From: the human T2T-CHM13v2.0 reference genome, Homo sapiens | DNA length: 64,000 nt | NCBI RefSeq assembly: GCF_009914755.1 | Contig: NC_060944.1 | Reading direction: 5' to 3' (one strand) | Shown: positions 22,442-35,783 of the stretch, piece by piece | How positions within the stretch are numbered: position 1 is the stretch's first letter | Layout of the letters: every line of letters starts with the position of its first letter | Made by a program: the position numbers and the translations under genes | The notes under the pieces: model-generated | Told to the model about the DNA's origin: nothing | Databases searched by the model: none | Seen by the model: only the letters and a program-made list of their open reading frames with translations

Positions 22442-25400
22442 ACATGTTCTTCCTCCCCTCCTGGCCCTTGCTCATTCTCTTTCTATGATTTCCTGCCTAT
22501 TAGGATTCTACATGCTAGCCTTCCCTTGAGGCTCAGGTCAGGTGTCCATGACTGTATATGCAGTTATTCCAGCCTTCTCTCCCGTCCAAAACGTTAAGGC
22601 ACTCACTGTTTGCTTCCATCATTTTAACTTTTTTATCTCCATTGTCGGGTGTTGTTTCATAACTGACTGTCTCATCAGAAAATGAGTTATTAATAAAGAA
22701 TATTTGTTTTGTAACCCTGAAAAATCTGGTAGAAACAGGGTAGAAAATAGACCCTGATCAATAGTTTTGATTATTTGTCCATTGATTTACTTTTATAAAT
22801 CTGTTCAGTCATAAATACACATGGCCCTTTTCTAGAGTCCTGGTATGTTAACATTGATTCTTTTGGCAACTGGGTATAACCCATCAATTTCTTCCTTCTT
22901 TTTATTTCTTATTTTCATGTTTCTTCCTATTTCCTTCCGTCCTTCTTTTCTTTTTGAAAAGCTTTTCTTTAGATTAAAAGAATTTGACTTGTTCAGAAAA
23001 AAAGGTCTAAAAACCCTTTTCATCACAGTTAATTAGATTTCTGACTTGTTCTCTATAGCCAATATTTCTTCAGCACATTACTTGAGCACACCCCTAAAAA
23101 CAGGTGTCAAAACACATTAAAGGCATGGCTTCCTAAAACATCAAAGGAAACTGTGTTCTCTATTTTCATAAATGCCACCACAAAGCTAAAAGCCTGTCTA
23201 AGTTAGTCACGTGAGCCATTTTACTGGTCAAGATATGGGTAATTTGAGTGCTGCCCTCGGTATTGATCTCATCTCATTTATACGTGTTTAAAATTCTACA
23301 TTAATCCAAATTCTACTTTCTGAATAATTTATGCAGAGGCCAAAGAAATGTCAGTTTGCAAATAATTGGAGGACCTTTACAGAGATTCCAGGTAAAAGTA
23401 CAGAGCTGAAAAGTAGAAAGCAACAGTGCAAATCTTGTCATGTGGACTGTTCAAGGGCACGATAGTTATCAAATCCAACCTTTCAATTTCACAGTCTAGG
23501 GTTTAATGAGAGCCCCCAGGGCTTAGGTTTCCCATCAGGGAAGTGACCTTGGCCCCAGCCATCAGCAACAAGGATTTGAAAAACACTAAATCCATAACCC
23601 ACATTAGATTGATCCCATGTAAACTGGGTGGTAAAATGGGAAATTTGAGATGCAATATTTGAACCTTAGATCAATTGGGCAAGAAACATAATAAGGCATT
23701 ATTATTCTCATTCCACAGTTGAACTTCTTCAAATTCAACTGTATAATAAAGAAGTTGAATGCCTTGCTCAAGTTCACACAACCAGCAAGTACAAGAGTAT
23801 CTGGTTTATCTGGCTCTAGAATCACTTTCCTTTGCTTTCTCAACAGATGGCTGGATGCATGACCTTGTCATATACGTAAAACATCCACAGACTAACTGGA
23901 AAAGGACTTCACCTCAGCCAAAGTGAGTGCATTGCAGAATAAGTGCAGAGAGCTTACCTTGGTTTTTAAAGATATTGCAATCCGTTTTAATTGGGGATCT
24001 CATTGCAATGTGCTCCTATGTCTTGAGACAGGTAAGCAAAACAAAACGAAGGTGATTAGCATGGGGAAAGATGGGGCATATTTGAAGCAAACCCACTTTT
24101 TAAAGAATTTCCTCATTCCTCACTCTTTATTCTTTCACTTAAAACCTACTGTGACATTTAACTCTGTTTTTCATGGCAATGTATCTTTTTCTCCTTTTCA
24201 TTTTTTTTATTTCTCCTTTATCTCGAATAAATTGCTCCATGAAATTTTTCTCTCTTCACTTCCTAAGACACCCTAGACATTCCCTCACATGAAATCAACC
24301 AGGTTGGTCTGTCTGCTCATGCCTCCGCTGTTCTCATAAAGAAAGAGAAGAAAGGGGCTCAATGCCTGGAGTGTGTGAAAATGGGGTAAGGTGAGGGCAG
24401 AGTGTGGCAGGTATTGTGCTGAGGCCATGAATGCATAATCACTACTGTCACAGCAAATAGATTCTGTCATGAGGAATTCCATGGTTTTCCAGAGGAAATC
24501 AGCTTTCCCTGCAGGCTGCCAAGCCCAAATGAGCTCCTTACAGCACCTGCAGATCTGAGCATCAAGCAATTATTCCACTATCTTGCCTAAAAACAAAGAC
24601 TTTGCTACCCTTTGACAACCTCTGACCTTTTTCAGCTAACATAAACTAATTATATTTGCAGCAGGAGGGGAGGAAGGCCTTCGTAGTCCTCCGTGGGAGT
24701 TGTCTTTCATGCTTTGTGCCACGTTGTCAGTTCTGGCAATCCAAAAAATGACCACCCTTCAATCAAGGGAGTTGCTGGACAAAGCACTTAAAGAGATACA
24801 GGGAGGCCCTTATCACAAGTAAATTTCACTGTCTAGGCTTGGTCAGAGTAGCCCACACTGTCCAGTTAGCAATAGTACAAGAGAGCCATTGTTAAGTGTC
24901 ACTTAGCAGCAATTACAGCCTGGTCAAAACAGTTTTTGTGTGTGTGTGTGTTGTTTTGTTTTTAGACAACCTGTTAATGGGCCCACAATTAGGTGTAAGG
25001 AATAACCCGGGCTGCAGGCACTGAAGCAAGGTCAGAGGTTAATTGAGACTTTCTATCCTAAAAATCTGAGTTTTTGCAACTTTTTGCTGAGAGAATAGTC
25101 TTAAACAAAAAGGAGATAATATGATACAATTAGTTGGAAAGCAGGAGGGTCAAAATTCCCAGATGAGAAAGGAAAACTGGCCAAGGAAATCAGGCCAGAG
25201 GGACCACCTGGGCCACTTCAGATGCCAAGAATATCTGTGGCCATTCATCTGGTGGATGAGGCACAAAGCGGTGTGCCCTCCATTCATCACATCCCTCCTG
25301 TCTACCAAAGAAAATACAAGGTCAATGCCATAAACAGGAGGCATCTCAGGGTAATTGAAATTCCAGAAACGGCCTCATTAGAATAGCTTACAGGCAATCA

Positions 25401-26827
25401 TGTTTTTCTTTTCCTATTGAAGGTATATTCATGTCTTGAAATTGCATGGAAGGCCTTCTTTGTGGTGGCAGGGTTTGCAGAGGGACTTTCTGATAGTTTT
25501 TGAAGGATTGTGTCTAAATAAACGGCTTCCTTCATAGCTGAGAGGAAGAACCCAACAGAACCTCCTGGGCTTGCTGACTATGGCGTGGCACATGTAACGT
25601 CCACACCTGCTCCCTTGCTCTTAACTGTCAAAGGGCCCCTCTTTCTCCATTCCTTCTAGGTCATAATCAACGTATTGTGTCTTAAGCAGCTGTTCTTTAT
25701 CTGGTATCCTGAAACTACTATTGGAGGTTTCTTGGCTTTAATCTTTCTTACAGTTTTTCTTTTTCTTTTAACCCTTTCCCTTATTCACACCCGCTAATGC
25801 AAACTTTGACACTTCCAGCTGGCAGATCCCTCTGATTGGAAGTGGACTAAAATTTGCTAAATCATTTTGTTTCTTTCCTTTTTTGTTCCAGTACAGCTGG
25901 TGCCAAAATGTGATGATTTGTTTTGCTCCAGTCACTGAAGTTTTTGTTTTCTTTTATTTCAACCCCATACTGGCTTCCCAGCTTGATGCTGAGTCATCTG
26001 GTGCAGGTGTTCTAAGTGGCTGGCATTTATGTCACTTGCAGATGGTTTGGGTAAATTACACGATGTTCCTGCAGCTCTGTGGAGGCTCTCTCAGGTCCCT
26101 TTGATCCTGGCCTTCCTGCGGGTCTTGCACATATGCAGAACTTCAGGGCACTAGGTGAACTTTTAGATGGATTCTACTCAAAGCTGGTTGGGTTGCTATG
26201 GGCCTCACAGTCTGATGGGCTTCAACTGTGGGTAAGAGAGGTTAACTAAAAGAAAGAACCCTGAAATCACAATGTACTGCAGCTTCACCTACATAGGGAA
26301 TTACATACCCAATGTGCAGTAGAACGTAAGTTAATTCTACGGCTTCTTAAGTAAATTGGAACAAAGGGACCACATTTTGCTTCTGAAGAAGGAGAAAGGT
26401 ATGTAGGAAAGTAAGAGCTGGAGTAGGGAAATTGTTAAGTATTAAACATATGTATTTAGTGTTTTCTCTTCATTACGTTTGTCTGACCCCAAACTGTCTC
26501 TAGCCCCTGTTCTAATGCTCAGTGCAAAGACTGGCTCATAGGCAAGAATCTCAAAATCTCATCTACTTATACTGTACACATACAGCTTCTATTAGAAACT
26601 TACAAATCCTTGCTACCTTCTATCTAAGAAGGCTGCTTTTATCATGAAACAATACACACCACTTGGGAACACTCAACATCTTCTCTTCCTGTAAAGATAT
26701 ACAACTTAGTGAGAGAAATTTCTGTCTGGTCATAGCCAAAGGCAAGACATATCAACTTCAATTTTCAGAATAAAGTTTTTGGGAAAGCTGTGTCTTCCTA
26801 GGACTGCAGAAGTCCTACCATTGTAGG

Positions 26828-29076
26828 TGATATGGTTTGACTGTGTCTCCACCCAAATATCATCTTGTATTTCCACATGTTGTGAGAGCGACCCAGTGAG
26901 AGGTAGTTGAATCATGAGGACTGGTCTTTCTCATGCTGTTCTCATGATAGTGAATAAGTCTCATGTGATTTGATGGTTTTTAAAAAGGGGAGTTTCCCTG
27001 CACAAGCTCTTCTCTTGTCTGCCACCATGTGAGACATGACTTTCACCTTCTGCCATGATTGTGAGGCCTCCCCAGCCATGTGGAACTCTAAGTCCAGTAA
27101 ACCTCTTTCTTTCATAAATTGCCCTGTCTTGGGTATGTCTTTATTAGCAGCATGAAAATGGACTAATACAGTAAGTTTGCACCAGCAGAGTAGGGCACTA
27201 CTGTAGATACCCAAAAATATAGAAGCGACTTTGGAACTGGGTAACAGGCAGAGGTGGGAAGAGTCTGGAGGGCTCAGTAGAAGACAGGAAAATGTGAGAA
27301 AGTTTGGAACTTTCTAGACACTTGTTTAATGGCTTTGCCCAAAAGGCTAATAGTTACATGGACAATGAAATCCAGGCTAAGATGGTCTCAGATGGAGATG
27401 AAGAACTTGTTGGGAACCAGAGCAAAGGTGACTCTTGCTATGTTTCAGCAAAGAGACTGGGGGCATTTTGCTCTGCCCTAGAGATTTGTGGAACATTGAA
27501 CTTGAGAGAGATGATTTAGGGTATCTGATGGAAGAAATTTCTAAGCAGGAAACCATTCAAGATGTGACTTGGGTGCTGTTAAAGGCATTCAGTTTTAAAA
27601 GGGAAACAGATCATAAAAGTTAAAAAATTTGCACCCTGGCAATACAATGGAAAAGAAAATACCATTTTCTGGGGAGAAATTCAAGCAGGCTGCAGAAATT
27701 TGCATAAGTAACAAGGAGCCGAATGTTAATCACCAAGACAATGGGGAAAATGTCTCCAGGGCATGTCAGAGACATTTGCAGCAACCCCTCCCATCGCAGG
27801 CCTGGAGGAAAAAATGGTTTCATGGGCTGGGCCCAAGGTCCCTTTGCTGGGTGCAGTCTAGGGACTTGGTGCCCTATGTCGCAGCCGCTCCAGCCATGAC
27901 TAAAAGAGGCCAAGGTACAGCTTGGCCTGTTGCTTCAGAGGGTGGAAGCCCCAAGCATTGGCAACTTCCATGTGGCATTGAGCCTGCAGGTGCACAGAAG
28001 TCAAGAATTGAGATTTGGGAACCTCCACCTAGATTTCAGAAGATGTATGGAAATGCCTGGATGCCCACACAGAAGTTTGCTGCAGGGGCGGGGCCTCCAT
28101 GGAGAACCTCTGCTAGGGAAGTGCAGAAGAAAAACGTGGGTTTGGAACCCTCACGCAGAGTCCCTACTGGGGCACTGCCTAGTGGAGCTGTGAGAGGAGG
28201 GCCACTGTCCTCTAGACCTCAGAATGGTAGATCCAGTGAGAGCTTGCACTGTGCACCTGGAAAAGCCACAGACAGTCAATGCCAGCCAGTGAAAGCAGCC
28301 AGGAGGGAGACTGTACCCTGCAAAGCCACAGGGGCACAGCTCAAGACCATGGGAACCCACCTCTTACATCAGCATGACCTGGATGCGAGACATGGAGTCA
28401 ATGGAGACCATTTTGGAGCTTTAACACTTGACTGCCCCACTGGATTTCAGACTTGCATGAGGCCTGTAGCCCCTTTGTTTTGGCCAATTTCTCCCTTTGG
28501 AATGGCTGTGTTTGCCCAATGCCTGTACCCCCATTGTATCTAGGAAGTAACCACTTCCTTTTGATTTTATAGGCTCATAGGCAGAAAGAACTTGCCTTGT
28601 CTCAAATGAGACTTTGGACTCTGGACTTTTGAGTTAATCCTGAAATTAGTTAAGATTTTGGGGGACTGTTGGAAAGACATGATTGGATTTGAAATGTGAG
28701 GACATGAGATTTGGGACAGTCCTGGGGCAGAATGATACGGTTTGGCTGTGTCCCCACCCAAATATCATCTTAAATTTACATGTGTTGTAGGAGGGACCCA
28801 GTGGGAGGTAATCGAATCATGGGGTGGCAGGGTCTTTCTCATGCTGTTCTTGTGATAGTGAATAAATCTCACAAGATCTGATGGTTTTAAAAAGGAGAGT
28901 TTCCCTGCACAGCTCTTCTCTTGTCTGCTGCCATGTGAGACATGACTTTCACCTTCTGCAAAGTTTGTGAGGTCTTTCTGGCCACATGGAACTGTAAGTC
29001 CAATAAACCTCTTTCTTTTGTAAATTGCCCAGTCTCAGGTAAGTCTTTATCAACAGCATGAAAATGGACTAATACA
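26828..29076 (+). mobile_element. Full-length THE1A MaLR element (LTR 26828-27170, internal 27171-28732, LTR 28733-29076)
   Basis: Two ~343-bp direct LTRs tgata(t/c)ggttt...ggactaataca; THE1-int sequence between; 5-bp TSD gtagg/gtaag. Confidence 0.95.
27629..28543 (+). pseudogene. THE1-int internal ORF remnant, 304 codons open (TTG start in the track)
   Basis: ORF track; peptide typical of MaLR internal ORF (WEPPPRFQKMYGNAWM, VPTGALPSGAVR). Confidence 0.75.
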
Positions 29077-29159
29077 GTAAGCTACTGCATGGGTTTTCAC
29101 AGAGTGATCAACCATCCAAGGAGTTTCTTAGGATTGACTCTGCTAAGATCAAAACAGTC

Positions 29160-29290
29160 CTGGCAAACTGTGGCCAACCTAATGTGTGTATTGAATTACC
29201 TGCAGAACTTGTGAAAAACATAGACACCTGAGTCCCACCCCTACAGGGTCTGGGGGAGCCCTGAGAATTTGTATTTTTAACAACCTTCAA
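29160..29290. mobile_element. MER5-family MITE fragment
   Basis: gaattacctgcagaacttgtgaaaaacatagacacctgagtcccacccc...gaatttgtatttttaacaa. Confidence 0.6.
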
Positions 29291-29447
29291 TGTGGTAGTG
29301 AAACTGCCAGAGCAGGGCTATTCGTGGAGTTGGAAGGAGCAGCTCTGTAGAACTTGTGAAGGGGAGCAGATGAAAGTGAAGAGCACAGATCTGGAGCAGT
29401 GCATATGATACAGAAAGGCATACTATTTTAAGTGACTCACCCCCAAT

Positions 29448-29836
29448 GTATCAGGAACTTATTGCCACCATAAACAACAACCAGAAAAATCTCAGTGACA
29501 TGAAACAGTGAACATATTCTCATGTTCACAGAACAGCAAGTAGAATATGGCTCAGCTGGTATGGGCTCAGCTGGGTGGTTGTATTTCAGTCTGTAAGTTG
29601 GCTGCAGGTCTCTCCCATATGTCTTAGTGTGGTCAACTGACACATGTTTTACTTCTGTTGAGAGTCATAAGTGGAAACATGTGACACTTCAGAAAGCTTA
29701 GACTCAGAACTGGCACAATATCGCTTTTCATTGGCTATCACCAGTCAAGCCCCAAAACAATGGAGTGAGCAGTGTGCTCTTCCAATGAAAGTAAGGAGAG
29801 AGTAAATATTTCCTAAGTAATAATCTAATCTACTAT
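29448..29836 (-). mobile_element. Old MLT1 MaLR LTR (MLT1J/K-like)
   Basis: aaaatctcagtgac; ggctcagctgggtggtt; ctcagaactggcaca; ends taatctaatctacta. Confidence 0.7.
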
Positions 29837-31169
29837 AGTGATCTCAGAGTTTTAGAGTACTCAATCTAATTGGGTATATAATTGGATATATGTCAGTGAC
29901 TGGTATACAATTGCTGTATGTCTAATAACCTACAACAAACTTTCAGATTCCTTTACCATCCAGGTAGGAATAAATACCAGGAAGCTGAAATATTTACTAA
30001 TTGCTGAAGTACATATTTGTCTCAAGCCATTTTCCCACCTTGGTTGCCCAATAACTTGGAATATACAAAATTCAATGTTTTTCCAATTTATAAATGTTTG
30101 GTTAGGCATAAGAGTACTGTATTTTATTTTTATTTTAACTGATTTTTTTTATTTTGCATTTTGTTTTCTTTATTCTTTTCTTTAAAGTCCTCAACCAGCT
30201 TTTTTTTAGTTAAATAAACCTGAAAATTTAGTGGATTTTCCCTGTGTAATTATTACAAATATTTCCTGTGACAGTGATATATCATGTAAGAGACTTATAG
30301 ATAAAACACAAATAACTACTGAAACAAGTAAATTTTTAAAAAATCATTTTGAATCTATAACACAAATATACTACTTTCTAACAAAAGACTACACTAGACC
30401 ATCTTGTTCTTTAAACATGTATGTTGTTCCTGATTCTTGGAAAAAAATATTTATTAGAATCTATCAATATACAAAACTTAAAAGGTATTTATTATCCTTG
30501 GCAGGGCCTTCAAGAGGATCAATATTTCCAGGATGTTGGTATTAGCATCCATTGTTCGCTGGCTAGATCTTTTCCAACAGAGCATGTGACTCTCATCATT
30601 ACAGCAGAGGAATGCATTTATCAAAGTTAAGGAAGTCGTTTGCCATTCGGATGGCCCAAGAAGCATAAATATTTATCATTGAGCCTTGTGAGAACTCTCT
30701 ATTATAAAAAGATTGGCTAATTTCTTAAAACTACTCCTTCAATAAGGACCCAGGTTATGTGCCATGGTATCTGTAGCTTTCTGGCTGGGTCAGGGTGACC
30801 CGCACACAACCCTGGCAGGACGCCCTTGGACACAGTATTTGCATCCCTTTGGTGTGCCAAGGTATCAAGCATTCACAGTTCACATTGAAACCACTAAACG
30901 AAGAGCTGTGCAAACAGGTCATCAGTTTCTCCAGAGGGGAATAATCTTACAACTGTTACGAAGGGTCAAAGGTAACTTTCATTTTGAGATGCTAATTACT
31001 CCAAGAATTTGATGCAGGAGGCAGCTGGTTAAAATGAATGAGTGCTGAAGCGTTGAAGGGGAAAATCAAATAGATGGTTATAATAAAAGTGCAATATGCA
31101 ACCTAATAAGTATGCAGAGAATAAGGGACAATATTGTTAATAAACATCTATTAGTCAAGATGATCTTTG

Positions 31170-31375
31170 TAGAGCTGGGCTCTTTAATATTATAACTGCT
31201 AATCACATGCAATTAAATTTAAATTTAAGGTGGTTGAGATTAGAAATTCAGGTCCTCAGCCACAGAGGCCACATACAACATGTTCAATAGCCACATGTGG
31301 CCATTGGCTACCATATTGGAGAGCCCAGATATAGAACAGTTTCATTACTGCAGAAATTTCTATAGGACAGCAATG
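31170..31375. mobile_element. MER3-like hAT-Charlie MITE
   Basis: ttcaatagccacatgtggccattggctaccatattggagagcccagatatagaaca...tttctataggacagca. Confidence 0.8.
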
Positions 31376-31764
31376 ACCTGGAGTGTTTTGCTATTGGAGG
31401 GGTTTTGGACTTAGTGCTTTTATATAGGAAACATGATTTTTTTAAAGAAGCCATCCCATGGAATGCTTCTCTCATTCCAGTGCTGTAGTAAGGGTTGCCC
31501 TGAAATTTGGACCTAGAAAATTCACTTATCATAAACGAAAAAACTGTTACTACTATCAATAATATTTTTGTCCTGGTGAATATTTACATTGTACCACACA
31601 CTGTGCTAGTTGCTTTATACATATTGTGTCATTTAATTCTTACCTTAGAGACTAAGATCTATCTGTGAATTACTTTGAGATAAATCAGGTTAAGAGAAAA
31701 ATAAAAACTGACTTTAGACCACAATTAAGTAAATATATTTAAACCTAAAGCAATTATTGCTCTT

Positions 31765-31778
31765 TGAGAGAGAGAGAG

Positions 31779-31820
<42 letters not shown>
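31765..31820. repeat. (GA)n(GT)n compound microsatellite
   Basis: Directly visible. Confidence 0.95.
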
Positions 31821-31821
<1 letters not shown>

Positions 31822-32612
31822 AACTGGCAGCCCATTGTTACTGAGATAACTACACAGAATTAAGCAATAAACTCTGCCAGAGCCTGGGATATAAGGACAG
31901 GAATAAAGACGATTATCAGAGACACGGGAAAGAAAGAGAAAGTGAGAGGTATTTGAAGATTCACTAAAGAGGCTGAGATTTAGTAGAAATAGTTGAGAAG
32001 CCTCAGAAATTTGGTTGTAAGATCCAGGCAAGCATGGAGAAAGGCTGCACTTTAGAGATTTGTGGGTTCCCAGGCTAACTCCAGAAAAGAGGATTAGGGC
32101 AGCAAGACTGATGCTGAAACCACCAAATGGTCATATTAACATCCGAGTTTCCTTCCAAGATCCAGTGCATAGATGAAAGGATTTAAGAACATGAGGTTGG
32201 ATGTGGATTGCTCCTTTCAAAGACTTGGACAAAAGAAAAGTCACAGCCTCTTAATTTCTCTCAGTGAACCTCAGCCTAGCCATTAAATTTCAGAGGAAGC
32301 AGATGGCACACATTCAATGTTCTGGGATATGACTGTACACAGTCAGACTAAGAAAAGGTCACAAAGATGTAAAAAAAATAAGTGTTTTACATCAAGATGG
32401 TTGGTAATGAAAATACCCTATCCTACTCAGTTTATAGTAAATCGCTTCTATATAGAGTAATTTATTAAAATCTCAGAACATTAAGAATTACCAAGTCTTG
32501 ATTTATTGCAGAAAATTTTGCCATGGTGTTTCCATTTAGAAACTTATTTCTTATCTTACACAAAGTAAAAAAACAATCTCTTTAGCACCTGGTATTATTA
32601 GTGAGGTATAAC

Positions 32613-32743
32613 TGGGGTGACAATATAATTTATTATCCAAATAGAGACACTTTTGAGAATGAATGTAATTGTTTATAATTACAGCAAAACCACAGGTGTA
32701 AACTAGAACTGTCCAAGGCAAATCAGGGCAAACCAACAACCTA
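32613..32743. mobile_element. MER94-like hAT-Blackjack MITE
   Basis: gggtgacaatataatttattatccaaatagagacacttttgaga...gtaaactagaactgtccaaggcaaat...aaccta. Confidence 0.7.
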
Positions 32744-33120
32744 GGTATAGACCACAGCTGGATGCAATTGGACTCAAGCCATTTTCCCAGTCCAGCTGCT
32801 GAGTGTGACTCAAAGGCTACTCTGCTGTCAGCTGATTTACAAGCTGATTGAAATAATGATGCAAAGGCACAATGATGAAGATGTCCAACACCCATTTTAG
32901 GTAAAAATAACTAGTGTAAAGAAAAATACCATTGATCATTGTTGTTGAGTTTTTATTTTTAAAGAAACAGTGACTTGATAAAATACATCCAAGAAAAAAG
33001 AGTCTGATAACCAATCTCTACTCAGCATAGGAGGGCATTTCTCTTCAATTTTTAAAATAATAAATTAAAATAAATACTATCTTTAAGGTACTAAAGATAG
33101 CAAGGTTAGATATACTAGTT

Positions 33121-33980
33121 CAGCTAATCTACATTCCCACCAACAGTATAAAAGTGTTCCTGTTTCTCCACAGCCTTACCAACATCTGTTGTTTCTTAAC
33201 TTTTTAATAATTGCCATTCTGACTGGCGTGAGATGATATGTCATTATAGTTTTGATTTGCATTTCTCTAATTATCAGTGATGTTGAGCTTTTTTTCATAT
33301 GTTTATGGGCCACAGAAATGTCTTCTTTTGAGCAGTGTCTGTTCATGTTTTTTTGTCCACTTTTTAATCGGTTTTCTTGTAAATTTGTTTGAATTCCTGT
33401 AGATTCTGAATATTAGACTTTGTCAGATGAATAGATAGCAAAGATTTTCTCACATTTCCCCTTACTGGGTATAAACCCAAAGGAATATAAATCTTTCCAT
33501 TATAAAGACACATGCACACATATGTTCATTGCAGCACTATTCACAATAGCAAACACATAAAATCAACCCAAATGCTCATCAGTGATAGACTGGATAAAGA
33601 AAATATGGTACATTTACTCCATGGAATACAATGCAGCCATAAAAAGGAATGAGATCCTGTGTTTTGCAAGGACATGGGCAGAGCTGAAGCCATTATCCTT
33701 AGCAAACTAATGCAGAAACAGAAAACCAAACACAGCATGTCCTCACTGATAAGTGGGAGATGAACAATGTGAGCACATAGACACAGGGAGGTGAACAACA
33801 CACACTGGGGCCTTTTGGGGGTGTGGAGGGAGGGAGTGCATCAGAAGAAAAAGCTAATGAATGCTGGGCTTAATACCTAGGTGATGGGTTGATAGGTGCA
33901 GCAAATCACTATGGAACATGTTTACCTATGTAACAAACTTGCACATCCTTCACATGTACACCGGAACTTAAAAAAAAAGA
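33121..33980 (+). mobile_element. L1PA (L1PA8-10-like) 3' fragment with 5' inversion
   Basis: Antisense segment 33121-33457, sense segment 33458-33980 with poly(A); perfect TSD AGATATACTAGTT at 33108-33120 and 33981-33993. Confidence 0.93.
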
Positions 33981-34039
33981 AGATATACTAGTTAAGGTGT
34001 ATCCTTAGGCATTAGAAGAACTTGGAGATTGAGGTGCAC

Positions 34040-34650
34040 TACTGGTATTCAGTGAGTAGGACCTAGAGTTGTAGATGTTCTACAATGTGCGGAATAGTCT
34101 CACACAATGAAGAATGAACCTGGTCTTATGTGACATTCATGTGGGTGAAAAACATATTTATATATTAAGCCTAAAACTTAAATTCATTTTACATATAAAT
34201 ACAAAGTATCTCTTTTACACTGTATTAATAGCAACTACCAGACACATTGAGAAAATATATTCTTTATTTTGTTTGGCAATTTCTCAATAATTTTTTGCTA
34301 TTTCAGAAAATCACATCACAGAAGGCAACCCTAGTCATTATTTTTAGTAGCTACACAACATATCTACATCTGTAACTGACATTTAAGGTGATCCTATGAA
34401 TGAGTATAAGCATGACAACTTAATTATATCTTCCAATGTAGTTATGTCCAAACATTGACATGTTGAAATACTTATTTTATCATAAATTATTTTCCTCTTA
34501 ATTTCATTTGCAATTTATTTTTACAATATAATTAGACCATTATATTGACTTAAAGATAAGTATGTGGGTAGTTTATATTATCTATGGATTTCATTTTAGA
34601 GTAGTAAAGGCTGTGTTATAAAATATCTTATATAATTAGTGGCCTGATAG
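34040..34650. mobile_element. MER20B-like hAT-Charlie element
   Basis: gtctcacacaatgaagaat; gacattcatgtgggtgaaaaac; ttttacatataaatacaaagtat. Confidence 0.65.
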
Positions 34651-34673
34651 GGCTGTGGAGCAGGGCTCCAAGG

Positions 34674-34860
34674 CAGTGCTATTTCAATGAGGTCTCAGAA
34701 TTGGCAGCAGAGAGCTTGTTAAAAATGCAGATTCTTGGACTCCACCCCAGACCAACAGAATCACACTCTCTCATGCAGCATCCCAGTGATATGTGATTTA
34801 TCAAGCCTTCCAGGTGATTCTTCTGCTGCTCTTATGCATGCAGTGATTTGAGGATTATTG
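34674..34860. mobile_element. MER5A MITE
   Basis: gagcttgttaaaaatgcagattcttggactccaccccagacc...caagccttccaggtgattct. Confidence 0.8.
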
Positions 34861-35756
34861 CTCACGGTAAGAAAAACATGAGTAATATATTGTCTTCAAA
34901 GAACCTATGCTCTAACAGGAGATGTAAAGATATCTTTCTACTTGAGTTGGATGAGTAAGAAAATCACAGGGATCATGATCACCAAAAACACAATAGAAAT
35001 TTGGCAATAACCTAATTCCAGAGACTATACACTAAACATGACATATCAATAGCAAAAAGCTGGATTCAGAGACAAGTTTAAACCACACAACTCTGATTAA
35101 AATGAACAGGACTCATGCTGTTAAGACTCTGTACAGTTCTAAAAACATACACAGCAGAGCACTTAAGCCGTTCCAGAACACATCATTCTCTACTTTTTAA
35201 CAGGGAGCAAACAGCTGGGATGTGTTACTAGTAAGCCATGTTTTCATAGGCTTTCTGGTTTTCTTTAGCCAAACTCTTACAACAGTCTTCGGACAAATTA
35301 TTGCCTGAAGCTATAGGAAGTCTTTAGTTGTCTTGGAGAACTGCAGAGTAAGTCAGGTCTCAAAGACAACATGCCCACAAGGACTTGCCTTGCCACCTTT
35401 GGCCTTTCCACCTTGGAAATGCCTTCACAACCAATTACACTATTCTCAAATGTCTGTTTATTTTTAATGACTCTAGTTAAATGTTAAGAGTTATTCCGAT
35501 GACCTAGTTCAAGACTCTAAGAAAAAAAGCTTAGACAAATCAATAGACTAAACTGGGAGGCTTGCAAAGAAATGAACAAGAATCTAATCAATATCTTAAC
35601 AAAAGACCAACAAATGGTTGAATTCTTGTAGGCCTGCATGGTTCTGAGGCCGACCTTGCTTTTCAAAAGACATTAAAGAGTTCAATATGGAAGCAGTGTT
35701 GTGAGAAATCACTTTCTCTTTCTAGATACTCTCATGTCCACTTTTGCTCTGGGAAA

Positions 35757-35783
35757 TGTGTGTGTGTGTGTGTGTGCGTGTGT
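35757..35783. repeat. (TG)n microsatellite
   Basis: Directly visible. Confidence 0.9.
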
